A stretch of DNA of 64,000 nucleotides, taken from NCBI RefSeq assembly GCF_048593235.1, contig NC_133620.1, positions 37,326,852-37,390,851 of the forward strand, read 5' to 3'. The notes under the pieces are model-generated. The model ran no database searches, had not been told where the DNA came from, and saw only the letters and a program-made list of their open reading frames with translations. Positions 12,790-26,138 of the stretch are shown here, piece by piece. The position numbers and the translations under genes are program-made. The DNA comes from Sminthopsis crassicaudata. Its lineage: Eukaryota. Each line of letters opens with the position of its first letter. Positions within the stretch are counted from its first letter, which is position 1.

Positions 12790-14830
12790 AACAGAATTTT
12801 TCAAATACAGTCCAAGCTGGACAGAACACAGAAGGACTATCATTTCCTTATTTGTGAATCCAATGCATCTCAATGAAGTCTAAGATCTCATTACCATTTT
12901 TGGCTACCTTTAATTCACTGTTGACTCATATTAAGGTTACCGCTCACTAAAACTACCCCAAATACTTTCCACATGAACTGTTGTCTAGCCATGTTTCCCC
13001 TGTCCTGTATTGTAAAGGCTGATTGTTGATCCCAAGTTGAGTGCTTTGCATAATTGAACATGGCGTTCCAGATGTGTTCTGACTAGGACAGAATACAATT
13101 GGATGATCACCTCCCTTGCTCTTGACTCTATGACTCTGCTAATGCAGCTGGGGATCACATTAGACTTTTTGGCTGCCACTTCATGTTGCTGACTCATAGT
13201 GTTCTCTACAGCTCCCAGATATTTGTCATAAGAACTGCTGTCTAGGCACATCTTTCCCATCATGTACTTCTGGAGTTCTTTTCTTTTTTTAAGCCATAGC
13301 ATAAAATTTTGATAACATGAAATGAAATGAGGAGGGGTAGGTTTTTGCCATCTTTCTGGATTATTCCAAATCTCAACTCTCAAGAATGTCTCCAAATGTT
13401 GCCTTTTTACATGCTAGATATACCTCCCAACTCTGTTACATCTAGAAACTGGATAACCACGCCATGAAAGTCTTCATCCAAATCAATGATAAAACTGAAC
13501 AAGGATCGACATGAGTCACCTTTTTGAGGTATTCCACTGGAGATCTCCATTTTGAGACCATTCAATCATCCAGGAACACATCTAATTATGCAATCGTATC
13601 ATTCCATATTTCTCTATCTTGTGGGAAAAATCAACAAATCAAGCATTTGTTAAGCACTGACTGTCTACTGTTACGTGTTCAGAATACAAAGAAGGAAATA
13701 GAGGAAAAAACATAGAAACATAAAATGATTTACAAAACTAAAGTGTAAGAACTCCAAACCATTGCCCCCATCTACCAGTCTAATAGCTTTGTTGAGAAAA
13801 GAAATGAGGATAGTCTGATCAAGAATTGGTCAATTCTTGATGAACTCATACTAATTCTGAGTAGTCATTACTTTCCTTTCTAAATACTCCTACATTTTCT
13901 CTTTAATTACATGTTCTAGAATTTTGCTATTAATTAAAGTCACATTTTCTGGGCTATAGTTAGGAGAATCCACTTTTTTCCAATTTTGAAAAACAGGAAA
14001 ATGACAAACTCTAATCCTCCAGTTTTATCACTCTTAATCAGAACTGCTGGGTTTGTTTTGTTTTGTTTTGTTTTGTTTTGTTTTGTTTTGTTTTGTTTTC
14101 AGAACCTTGGGATTTAGTTTGTCCAGGTTTGGCAATTTAAATTTGAGGAGTTTAGTACTCCCTTAATATCCCCTCACTTATCGTGGGTGGAATAAAAGTG
14201 AATTTGAGGTCAGAAGTACTGAATTCTAATTACCCCTCTGCTACATTTACTTCTTAGGCAGGTCACTTTACTTTCTGAGTCTGTTTCCTTATGAGTAAAT
14301 TAAGGAGTTGGACTAAGAAATTTCATAGGTCATTTCCCTTTCTAAATCTTGTCTTCCTACAAATTCCCTGTTAGCTATTTGTATTCTATGTTCTTCAGTC
14401 TGAAAATAGTTCTCCTTAGTAGAGAGAATAGAAATAAAAATAAGGGTTGAGTAGTTTTTCCTTCTCACTTTCATCTGTTATCATCATCTTATCTGACTAT
14501 AAGCAGCAGTCCTATCTCTTATTGTACCTTCCTCTTACCCAACAGTTAAAAAATCAACAACCTCTTTTTTTATTCTTTGCACTCATTGCTAGCCTCCCCC
14601 TAGATTACAGTTTACTGGACATTATTTTTATAGACTGTAACATACTTTTATATTCATCCTTGGATACCTGCTCTTGCTTCAATATTGTTTGTCTTTTAAA
14701 CTTGATGAGTTCTCAAATAGTCTCTTTAAATAGCCTCACCTTTTCTTGCTCTTAAGAATCAGCTGTGTTTGTGTTGTAAGAATTTCATTCTTGAAAACAT
14801 TCCATCTTTGTTTTCCCTTTTTTCTGAATA
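12790..14830 (-). mobile_element. L3/CR1 LINE ORF2 remnant, fragmented
   Basis: Minus-strand peptides TMSQQHEVAAKKSNVIPSCISRVIESRAREVIIQLYSVLVRTHLE, SPNYSPENVTLINSKILEHVIKEK and MITDESEKEKLLNPYF match CR1 ORF2 motifs (NMSQQCAVAAKKAN, PGNYRPVSLTS, TDDAEKAELLNAFF); interrupted by (GTTTT)n and MIR. Confidence 0.85.
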
Positions 14831-14884
14831 GAACTTTAGATTATGGGATCACCAAATTTTCATAGAATTGGATTTTTTTTTGGT

Positions 14885-15060
14885 TAGGAAAGACCTCAGC
14901 AGCTATCTAGTCTAATCCACAATTGAAAAAGAACCCACACTATAATATATTTAGCAAGTTGTAATCTAGCATTTGCTTGAAGATTCCCTAATGAGAAAGA
15001 ACTCACCACCTCTGGAGGCAATCCATTATACTCTCTAATTGCACAAAGTGTTTTCCTAAT
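14885..15060 (-). mobile_element. L3/CR1 3' end fragment
   Basis: GACCTCAGCAGCTATCTAGTCTAATCC...CTCACCACCTCTGGAGGCAATCCATT...AAAGTGTTTTCCTAAT. Confidence 0.7.
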
Positions 15061-15669
15061 NNNNNNNNNNNNNNNNNNNNNNNNNNNNNNNNNNNNNNNN
15101 NNNNNNNNNNNNNNNNNNNNNNNNNNNNNNNNNNNNNNNNNNNNNNNNNNNNNNNNNNNNNNNNNNNNNNNNNNNNNNNNNNNNNNNNNNNNNNNNNNNN
15201 NNNNNNNNNNNNNNNNNNNNNNNNNNNNNNNNNNNNNNNNNNNNNNNNNNNNNNNNNNNNNNNNNNNNNNNNNNNNNNNNNNNNNNNNNNNNNNNNNNNN
15301 NNNNNNNNNNNNNNNNNNNNNNNNNNNNNNNNNNNNNNNNNNNNNNNNNNNNNNNNNNNNNNNNNNNNNNNNNNNNNNNNNNNNNNNNNNNNNNNNNNNN
15401 NNNNNNNNNNNNNNNNNNNNNNNNNNNNNNNNNNNNNNNNNNNNNNNNNNNNNNNNNNNNNNNNNNNNNGTGACTTTCTCAGTGTTAAGTGTCTGAGGTC
15501 AGACTTGAATTCAGGTCCTCCTGACTTCAGGGGTGGTGTCTATCCACTACACCAGCTAGCTGCACCTTTTTCTCTTAATTCTGGGAAATATGTTCTCCTC
15601 AAATCTCAGGGTACACATCAGACCATATTCAGCTTTACTTCATGTCTATCATGAATTCTAAGATGGAAT

Positions 15670-16400
15670 GGTCACTTTTCTCCAAATTTAATCCTGTCTA
15701 CCACTTTCTTCAGAACTATGGATGTAGTTGATCCAAGTCCAACAAATGTAACATAAAAGTATATGAAGGGGGAAAACATATAATTTTGGAAAGGTAGGTT
15801 TGGAGTCAGATGGTGGGAAGTCTTACAAAAGAGGTTGAAGTTTGCTTTGTAAGCAAAGGGACTTATTGAAGATTTGGGAATAGGGATATAATGGGAGTGG
15901 GCCAATACATTAGAAACATTGATCTGGTAATAACATGACGGATGGATGGTGATCAATTAATCAATAAACATTTATCAAGCATCTCCCATGTGTCATGTAC
16001 TATGTTTAGCATGGATGATACAAAAAGAGGCAAGATACTCCCTGCCCTCAAGTATACAATTGAATAGGGGAAACAACATACAAATCATTATATACCAAGC
16101 AAGCTCTATATAGAATAAATAAGACATAGTTAACAGAAGAAAGACACTAGAATTCAGAAGGATTGGGAAAGACTTCAATGTAGAAGATGGGATTTAAACT
16201 GAGAGTTTAAGGAAGTTGGGGAAGCTGGGAGGTAGAGATGAAGGAGAGTATTCCAATCATAGGAGAACCTTAGAGAAAATGCCCGAGATGCCAAAAGATG
16301 GATGTTCATGCAACAACCAAGAGATCAATGTCACTGAATTGAAGAGCATATGTTAGGGAGCAAAATACAAAAAGCAGAGGAAGAAGAAACTTGAAACAAG
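15670..16400 (-). mobile_element. L2 fragments
   Basis: TCAATAAACATTTATCAAGCATCT tail at about 15960 followed by purine-rich L2 antisense body. Confidence 0.7.
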
Positions 16401-18529
16401 AAAACTATTGCTCTAGTCCAAATAAGATCCCCAAGTCATAGGGACAGAGACATTTCGATGAAGAGTATGGTAAGGATGATGAAAGGGTAGCACGATCAAT
16501 CTCAAACCACCAGAAAGTTTATCCATCAACATAACATTTTATGAGATGATTGGGATGAAATTACTTACCTAGGGTCACACAACTAGTAAATGTCAAGTAT
16601 CTGAGACTGAATTTGAATTCAGGTCCTCCTGACTTCAGGACTGTGTTCCATCTACTGTGGCATTTATTTGTCCCCTCATCATTCTTGGAGTTTATGCATA
16701 TATTCTGCAGGACAAAAACATAAATGTTTAATTAATTTTGTCTTGATTTTTTTATGAGTTACAAAGTCTAAGCATATGCATGCATAAACATACATGTATA
16801 CATACACTTAAGGGTATATAGACATGTATATGCATGTGTTTAAACTACTGTGACCTATGAAAATTCGTTATACAATATATAGCATGTAAGGGTGTGTATG
16901 TAAACATATATGTTGATGTATATACATGTGTGTGCATCTCTGTGTGTGGATCCAGAGTTAGAATAGTTTAGTGAATCCAGATTCAGCCTCAGAATCAGGA
17001 AGATTTCCCAAGTCTTGATTCTATCTAGATTGGCTATATGACTCTGAGAAAGGTCTTTAACTTCCTAGTTCCCTAGACATCTCTATAAAACTTTAAGTGT
17101 GTAGAGCTGATACAAGAAGAAGAGTTTCCAAATTGGGATGTTCCTATTCCAATGAAATCATAGACCTGAACAGATATGTGTATGTGAATGTGTGCAGATG
17201 TATTTATATCTTCCTATATACATACGTATATGTTCATAATATATAAATGTGCATTATGATTTATATTCTCTTTACAATTTACCTAAAGAAAACTCTCTTT
17301 ACCTATTGGAAGGAAGAGCACAAGCATTTTTAAGCACTATATGTTAGGAACTATACTAAGCACTTTACAAATATTATCGTATTTGTTCCCCACAACAATC
17401 CTGAGAGGGAAGTGCTATTATTGCCCCCCTTTAAAAGAGAAGAAACTGAGATTCAATGACTTGCCGGGATCACATAGCTAAAAAGTGTCTATAGATGGAT
17501 GTTAACCCAAGTCTTCTTGATTCCAGCTGGGGTTCTCCACCCATTGCACCACCCAGCTATCTATCTTTATTGATACCCGCTTTTCAACTTAAATCCTTAA
17601 GAGCATAGTCTGGAGTATTGAGAGATTAAATGACTTTCCTAGGGATATGTGAATGTATAAATAACTGCATACATATGAGCGTAGTATATTTGTATCTATA
17701 TATGTGCTTAAATAAAAGTTCTTGCTAAAGACATCTGGGTCAAACTCAACAGGAGTCATCAATGTGATATAGCAGCCAAATAAACTATTATAGTCTTGAG
17801 CTATATTTGTAGAGTTCCAATGTCAAGAGCAAGGGGGGGTGACATAAACATATGTACATATATACTTGTGGGTGTATATATTCTGTTGACATTCATGAAA
17901 AGGCAAGAGAATTAGAGGGAGGATAATAATACAACAAAAACCACATTAAAAGACCTGAAAGAATGTTGATCATCCCAGTGACCCTCAGGATTTCTGAGGC
18001 ATGTAGGCCCTCTGCCTCAGCTCTTGTCAAAGACAGTGCAGAAAGAGTCACATATATTGAGACATAATCAATGAGTTAATTTATTTTGTTTAATTCTGGT
18101 TTGTTTTTGTTTGTTTGTTTGTTTTAACAAAGGAAGGTTTTTAACAGAAAGGAGGAAGTAATTTAAAATGACCGAAACTAATAGAGAACCAATAAAATAA
18201 TCCTCTTCCCCCTCTACTCTGTCTTCACACACATACACACACACAAATTTTAGAAGGATTTAGAGATTTAGAAGAAAGGCCCTGCATTTACTGTCAGTAA
18301 GAGAACCTGAGGTCAAATATCAATTTGGCTACTTACCTATTAAGTGATATTGGGCAACTTATATAATAATACAGATGATGATGATGATGAATTGAAGGAG
18401 AACGGTAGTGAGAATGATGATAGCCTGCCATATATACATTTTTTTTTTTATAAAAGCAACAAAACTGGGTAATTGCAATTATTAACTCCACTTTACAGAT
18501 GAGGAAACTGAGACTGAGAGAATATACAA

Positions 18530-18740
18530 CATTTATTGTTCAATCATTCAGTCATGTCCAAATCTTTGTGGCCCATGGACCCTACTATCCTTTGAGTTAT
18601 CTAGGCAAAGACATTGGAATAGTTTGCCATTTCCTTCTGCATATATGATATATCCAGGGTCATATAGCTAGTGTCAGAAGTAGAATTTGAATTTTTTTTG
18701 ACTATAAATCCAATATTCTATTCCCTGTCCCCCTAGCTCT
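18530..18740 (-). mobile_element. Mar1-type CORE-SINE
   Basis: TTCAGTCATGTCCAAATCTTTGTGGCCC...TGGAATAGTTTGCCATTTCCTTCT. Confidence 0.7.
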
Positions 18741-19056
18741 CTAATGTAGCCTCTATGGACCTCCATTTCTACATTTGCAAAGTGTGAAAACAATTCTAGA
18801 TCACTTCTAACGTCCATTTAATTCCAAATTGATGATCCTATGATCCCAAGACCCCCTCAATATATTGTAGGAGATGCCTCCACTTAGATTTATGGGAGGA
18901 CAGGGATACATCATACAGGATAGGAAGTCATGGATAGATGAGGAGGAATGGTCAAAAGCAAAATATTTTTGAGGGGAAACAATGTGAAAGAAGAGAAAGA
19001 GAAGGATAAACAAGATGGGGGAAGGGAGAGAAGTAGTATGGAGGGAAAAAGTAATC

Positions 19057-20219
19057 ATGACTATGAATGTGAATGGAATGAACTCACCCCCAAAAAACAG
19101 AAACAGAAAGTGAATGGATTAAAAAACAAAATCCTACAATATCTTATTTATAAGAAACATGCTTGAAACAAGAGTCATGAAGAATAAAGATAAGTGACTG
19201 GAGCAGAATCTGATATGCTTCAGTTAAAGTAAAAAAAAAATAATAATAATAATAACAGAAGTAGTAATCATGATCTTAGAGCCAAAGCAATAAAAAAAGC
19301 AAAAATCTAATTAAAAGATATAATCAGGAAAACTACATTTTGCTAAAAGACACTATAGACAATATCATTATTGAATATATATGCGCCAAATGATATAGCA
19401 TCCAAATTTTAAAGGAAAAGTTGAATGAGTTACAGGAGGAAAGAGAAAATAAAAACTCTACTCATGAGGGGAACTCAACCTTTGCCTCTCGAAACTAGAT
19501 AAATTTAAGCCAAAAATAAATAAGGGGAAGAATAGAATTTTATAAAATATTAACTATGATTCACAAATGAATTCTATCTAGCATTTAAAGAACAATTAAT
19601 TTCAATACTGTATATGCTATTTAGAAAGATAGGCAAAGAAGAAGTTCTACCAAATTCCCTTTATAATGCAAATATAGTGCTGATAATTTAAACCAGGAAG
19701 AGCAAAAACAGAGAAAGAAAACTACAGACTAATTTCCCTAAAGACCATTGATGCAAAAATGTTAAATAAAATGCTAACAAGGAGATTACAGCAATATATT
19801 ACAAAGACTCTACATAGAATTTATACCAGAAATATAATATAATTGATCATATGAATAATAAAAACAACATAAATCATTTGATTATCTCAATAGATGCAGA
19901 AAAAGCTTTTCAAAAAATACACCACTCAAAACCACTAGAAAATATAGAAATAAATGGAGCTTTCCTTAAAGTGATAAGTAGTATCTATCTAAAATCATTC
20001 ACAATAATTATCTGTTTGGGATTAAGTTTCGAAGCCTCCCCAATAAGATCAGAGGTGAAACAAGGGTGCCCATTATCACCTATTATTCAATATTATACTG
20101 AAAATGCTAACTATAGTAATGAGAAGAAAAGGAATTAGAATAGGTAATGAGGAAATAAAACAATCATTCTTTGCAGGTGATATGTTCATATACTTGGAAA
20201 ACCCTAAAGAATCAGGTAA
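19057..20219 (+). mobile_element. L1 ORF2 remnant (endonuclease start plus RT), internally deleted
   Basis: MTMNVNGMNSP (L1 endonuclease N-terminus), FTNEFY, ISIDAEKAFQKI and VKQGCPLSP (ORF 19851..20138), FAGDMFIYLENPKES. Confidence 0.9.
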
Positions 20220-20359
20220 GGGCAGCTAGGTGGCGCAGTGGATAGAGCATTAGCCCTGAAGTCAGGAGGACCTTAGTTCAAATCTGACCTCAAACACTTA
20301 ACACTTCCTAGCTGGGTGACCCTGGGCAAGTCACTTAAACCTCAATTGCCTAAGAAAAA
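20220..20359 (+). mobile_element. WSINE1 inserted in L1
   Basis: GGGCAGCTAGGTGGCGCAGTGGATAGAGC head, A-tail, 14-bp TSD AAAGAATCAGGTAA (20206-20219) / AAAGAATCAAGTAA (20360-20373). Confidence 0.9.
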
Positions 20360-22034
20360 AAAGAATCAAGTAAAAAAAAAAAAAAAAACTCTGTCCTGTG
20401 GAAGGATCATAGACAATTATCATGAACGTGAATTTTGAGTTTACAAATATCACACACATGTGCTTCTAGTTAATATTAATTATTGAATATTCATAGATGG
20501 ATTTTCTCTAGGTTGTACATCAGACTATTCCTGTTCATGATCTAAGTCATTTTCCTTCAGGCTATTTAAAGATCTACTTTAATCAATTTTATTGTTTGTT
20601 AGTATAACAGGATATACATCATTACAGATATAGTCCTGGAATTTCTGCCTGGTGCTTTCTCAAAGGCTACTTTAGTAGGACACTTCCCAAACTAAGTATA
20701 GTTGTTGATGGTATAGTTTTCACATGCTGACTTTTAGGATATCACTGACTTTGAGCACTGGAATTCATGGTGCTAAAGTCAAGGGAAAAAAAGATGAAGG
20801 GGGAAACAGAAATGAGGGAAAATGAATGACCACATACTAGGAAGATTTCTACTGGCCATTCCTGATTGATGAATATTGATAGTCTTATTCTCCTCCCTCC
20901 TTGCACACTGACAATGTCATGAGATTAGAGTGCTTAGAGCTAAAACTAACTAGGGAAAAAGATGCCTTCTTGCCATACTGTTGATAACAAATTAGAACAC
21001 CAAACATTCAAGGAGCATCTGGTTCATGAATGTAGCCTAATGGTCACCAATCTCCCAAGAAAGAAGGAAGAGTAATTGGACAATCTCCTGGGTAGTTTAT
21101 GGAAAGTCAATGGATTTCCTAATTTCTTCCCCTCAAGAAGAAGAGTCAGAACTTCACTGAGACAGGGGGCGGAGATTTGAGATTTGTTTCTTTCTGCAAT
21201 TATGCTTGTTTTGCTGATGCTATTTTGTTCTTACTAATTAAATTATTTTTTTCCAATGAATAGTCCTTTATTTGCTAACTCTGTGGTTGTCCTTGAAAAT
21301 GAGGTTTGAAAGGGAAGAAAATGATAGTCTTAAAACAGAAAGAAACTGTAACACCCAAACAAAGAGCTGTCAATGGTTATGTTTACAAGGAAAGCTGCCC
21401 TGCACTGTCTCCAGATGAACATTCCCTAGTTCTGTGTAAGGAAATGTATGTTCAGAGAAATAAATCAATCCAAGCTAAACTGGGTGAGCCATTTAAAGAA
21501 CTGATGCACTACCATGGCTAACCTCTTTTTACACAGAGGAGGAAAAAAGATAGTTTAATCTCACGACTGACTCACTGAGGGTGACTGCCAAGGGAAATCT
21601 GTCCTTCTTTGCTGCAATTCTTAATGTAAAAATAAGCAGCCCATGAAGCATTTTAGCTGAGGAAATGAATGAGTCTGATAATAATGTAACTGACATTCAT
21701 TCAAGGCTATAAGGTTTGTAAAGCAGTTTGCATACATTATCTCATTTGATCCTCCTGACAATTGGATAAGGTAGAGCTGTTCGTAATAATTGTGGGTATC
21801 ATTATCCCCATTTTATAGATGAGGAAACTGAAGATCAGAGGTTAAGTGACCAATCCATGGTCATATAGCTATTAAGTATCAGATGTAGGATTTGAGTCTA
21901 ACTCAAATCTAATGTTTTTCCTAACTCCCCCTCAAGGGAGATATAATTAATTTCTTCAAGCATTTGAAGGCCTATCTCCTGGAAGGTTTTTTTCTGTTTG
22001 GCTCCAGGTGACTGAATGAGAACTGTATGTTGCT

Positions 22035-22565
22035 TTGTTTTTTGTTGTTTGTTGTTTGTTTGTCTTTTGTTTTAGAAAAGGATCAGTGACATCACCAAGT
22101 GATGTCTTGACTTCCTCATGAATTGGAGCAGATTTGTACAAAGCATCAGCCTCTCTCTCTCTTCCAGAATCAGTGAAGTCTAGTGACAAGACAAAAGCCA
22201 GGGTAACTATGAATGTCTTAGGATGATCTTGGAGCCTTTGGTGTCTGACTGAGCTCTAAGTTCTCCTTAGAGGCTTCTCTGGCCTGTTCTCGTTCCCCTA
22301 TTCCACTGGAAGAAGTCTTCACATGCTTGGGGTAGATATCCCTCCAATGCACCAACAGGTTTGAGGCCTTTTGATTACCCTCAACTTGATTAACCCACCT
22401 GTGAGGAACAGTTTCCCAAGGTGTGGCTGCTGTGTGTTCTACAACTTCTTGGAATCACAGGTGAGAGTTGGGTGACAAGTGATACCACAGATAAATAAAT
22501 AGCTCTGCAAAGGGCTAGCAAGTCCTCACAGACACTAGTCCTCCCTGAAAACCCCATGCACCCCT
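22035..22565 (-). mobile_element. RTE-dependent marsupial SINE (WALLSI/RTESINE type), near full length
   Basis: Minus strand ends GATGTCACTGATCCTTTTCTAAAACAAAAGACAAACAAACAAC (RTE-type tail with CAA repeats); body CACCCAACTCTCACCTGTG, CCCCAAGCATGTGAAGACTT. Confidence 0.7.
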
Positions 22566-22614
22566 GGTGCCAAGTGACAGAACTGAGAGCAATGGGTAGA
22601 GAAAGTGCCAAGAA

Positions 22615-22735
22615 GACAATGTAATCTGAAAATCAAGAAAAACTTCTTAACCATTAATGCTGTGCAAAAGGGGAATGAATGAGACACCTTCCCTTTCCCT
22701 GGAGGGTTTTCAGGCAGAGGCTGGATGACCATTTA
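22615..22735 (+). mobile_element. L3/CR1 3' end fragment
   Basis: AAGAAAAACTTCTTAACCATTAATGCTGT...TCCCTGGAGGGTTTTCAGGCAGAGGCTGGATGACCA. Confidence 0.7.
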
Positions 22736-23324
22736 CTGTACATGCTACGACGGGGACTCCCTTCCCATGTGAGTTAGATTATGATCAGTTCTCAAATGCG
22801 AAGATTTTGTAATGAGTTAAGGTGTTTTAAGTCTCTGAAACTACCAAGTCAAAGAGATAGGACTTGTATTCATGTCTCCATGACTCCAAAGTGGGCCAGA
22901 AGGAGGCTTTAGTAGACCTAAGATTTCATTAGGATAGAAAACTCACAGTGAAGCAACTCACTTTACCAATATCGATTGACATGAACTCGATAACTTAGAG
23001 GCTTAGGGAATTTCTACAGTGTATGAAATTCTGCCTTTTAGAGATTCATTCCGTTCAGTTATTTTCTTTCTCCAGGTGCAACTAAAACATTTATTCCCAT
23101 ACTAGCATGTCTTTATCTGTGGGATATGCAATCCCACAGTTTTTTTTTTTTTTTATTTGGGTTCCCCCCCATATGAAACAACAAGCTGAAAGAGTGGATT
23201 AGAATTAGGGTAACCCTGAATAAATCACTTAAGCACTACCTGCCATCAATTTTCTTTAATTGTAATTCATATGTCCATGCTCTATGCCTTATGTCTGAAA
23301 TAATGATGAATACTTGCTTCATTA

Positions 23325-23434
23325 TCATGTAATACTACTACTGCTGTTGCTACTACTACTATTACTATTCCTGCTCTTATTGCTGCAACTACTACTAATG
23401 GTAGTATTACTGCTGCTGCTGCTACTGCTACTGT

Positions 23435-23466
<32 letters not shown>

Positions 23467-23551
23467 TTACTACTACTGTTTCTTCTCCTACTGCTGAAAC
23501 TACTACTAGTGGTATTACTACTGATGCTGCTTCTGCTGCTTCTACTACTAT

Positions 23552-23603
<52 letters not shown>

Positions 23604-23875
23604 GTTCCTGCTCCTACTGCTACTACTACTACTACTATTATTAATACTGCTGCTATTGCTACTGATACTGTTACTACTACTACTGTTCCTGTTCCTACTG
23701 CTGCTACTACTGCTACTATTACTACTGCTGCTATTGCTACTGATACTGTTACTACTACTACTGTTCCTACTCCTACTGCTGCTGTTACTAGTAGTAGTAG
23801 TACCACTGCTACCGCTGCTTCTACTACTGCTGCTATTAGCTGCTGGTACTACTGCTACTGTGGCTACTGGTTTTT
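23325..23875. repeat. Compound (CTA/CTG/TTA)n trinucleotide repeat
   Basis: About 550 bp of 3-periodic sequence giving poly-Leu, poly-Ser and poly-Val ORFs. Confidence 0.95.
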
Positions 23876-24786
23876 CTACTTTGATGACTTTCTTCAAGAT
23901 GCAGCTCAAGGATTACTTTTTGCATAAGGCCATTCTTGGTCCTACCCACTACCCATCTCAGGTTACCTTGTAGCAGATTTGTATTTATTTTGTACATAAA
24001 ATATATTTACATGTTGTTTAAAATGTAAGGTGGAGGGAAGGGACTATTTTGCTCTTGCCTTATTATCCCTAGGTTCTGTTCCAGTACCAGCCACATAGAA
24101 GGTGTATAAATGATTGTTTGCTTCATTGGTGGTTTGTTTGTTTGTTTGTTTTTAATTCTAGGGCAAATTTCCTTGGAAAGGTAACACAGTATGATGTAGA
24201 GTTGGAAAAAAAGTCATTAATCATTTAATAAAACCTAAGTATTTGAACGATGAAAAAAACTAAGGCCTGAAAGAGTTAAGTGATTTGGCCAAGATTGAAT
24301 AGCTAGCAGGAAAAAAAGGGAAAAATTCAAATTCTAATAATCTGAGCCCAAATATTCCACACCCACATGTACCTGGGCAATAGGGTAATTATGTGGACCA
24401 GGGAGAAGAGAGGTATCACTCAGAAGGGAAGAAGTAATTCTGGAAAATTTGGTCAAATGTCACAGATTTAAGCAGGGATTGCAAAAATAGGGGAAGAGGT
24501 CACTAAAGGAATAGGTAAGAGAAGACAAAAAGCACATATACTCCACACTATTAATCTATTTCTTCCTATAATCTTAGGATTTTAGATTCAATTCAATTCA
24601 ATATTTTACAGATCAGAGTTGTTTTATTTGATCCTGGTGATAGAAACAGGGATAATGGGTATAAATTGGGGGGGGGGAGTAAAATTTGGCTTAAAGTAAG
24701 AAAAATACTTCCTAATAATTAGAATTATCCATAGGTGAAATGGGTTGTTTAAGAAATAATGCATTTGTATCTTTGGAAGTTTTGTT

Positions 24787-24823
<37 letters not shown>

Positions 24824-26138
24824 ATTTTGTTTGTTTTTTGCTAAGGCAGTTGGGGTTAAGTAACATGCCCAGCAAGCAAATGTTAAGTGTCTGAGACCAG
24901 AACAATTTGGATATTTGCAGAGGAGGTGGACGGTAACCTTGGAAGGAAGGCAGATATTATGTACAGTACATTGAAAAGAGAATTCTTTTTCAGGATGTTC
25001 ACTAAAACTCTCTCCAACTCTAGGAGTCTGTGATATACTCTTCTCCCTTTAAAGTGATCTTTTTCCTGGTCCCCAGGTAAGGCATAGAGTTCACCTGCAA
25101 ATGTCTTCTCTAAACACCTCCGTCATTAAATCCTAAAAACATGGAAGACATTCTATCCTTAAAATTAAACCTCTATCTCTTTTCAAAAGCTACAAAATCA
25201 ATAATTTTTATTAAATGCAACTTTTATCGTACTTTAAACCCAAAGTATGGGATAAACTACATAATGTAATCACCACACGACTATCACTTTGAATTAGTGT
25301 TGCAGATACTTCTAACTACTTAATTATTTATTTAAAAATATATTCCAATATTTTAATTATGTTCGGTTAAGTGTACTTGGATATTTGCAGCACTCTGCAT
25401 TATTTATAGGAGAGAAAAAGCCCCCTAAATCAACTTGCCCTGGCATCCCATAATTCGTGTTTGCATATCTCTAAAATAGATTTATATACAGCTATCAAAT
25501 GGTTATTCTGGATCTGCTAGGATTTTAAAATTTTATCTGAATTTTATTTTAATGTACTACAAAAATAAAATTTATTAGTTTTTTATACTAGTGAGTGTCT
25601 TCTCTGATTATTCATATTCAATATTTGAAGAATACTAACTAGAGCCACACACTCATCAATTAAATGAAAAATGGGCTGATTTCCCCCCCATTCCTAGAAG
25701 TACTCAGTTCTGATGGCAGGCTCACTCTTAATGGAGGGAATGGGCAGCAGCACAAGGTAGTGGAAGGAGAATTGGATTAGAAGTCAGGCCATCTGGATTT
25801 GAATTTTGATTCTGTTAATTCCTCTCAGTCCCTTTCTTTCTCTGGGTCTCGGTTCCTTACTTGTAAAATAAAGGGGGCACACTAAATAACCTCTGGGATC
25901 CCTCCTGTCTTTGATTCCATGAACCTGAGAAAAGTCCATTTCATCAAGAGAAACAATGGAAGCTCTGCAGACTTCATAATCCCTTTATAATCCTGGTTAA
26001 ACTTATGAGTGTGCAGAGAAAGTGGACTGGAGTCTTCCTAGTATGACAGCTAATCAAGCACACACTCCTTTCAGGCTTATGATCACACCACCAATAATAA
26101 TAAATGTAATTATATAATAATAAAATGTTATGTGTAGA

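Noticed and set aside
23282-23973. Long ORFs of 174-219 aa on both strands
   Set aside because: Pure consequence of the trinucleotide repeat; poly-Leu/Ser/Val with no domain or gene context.
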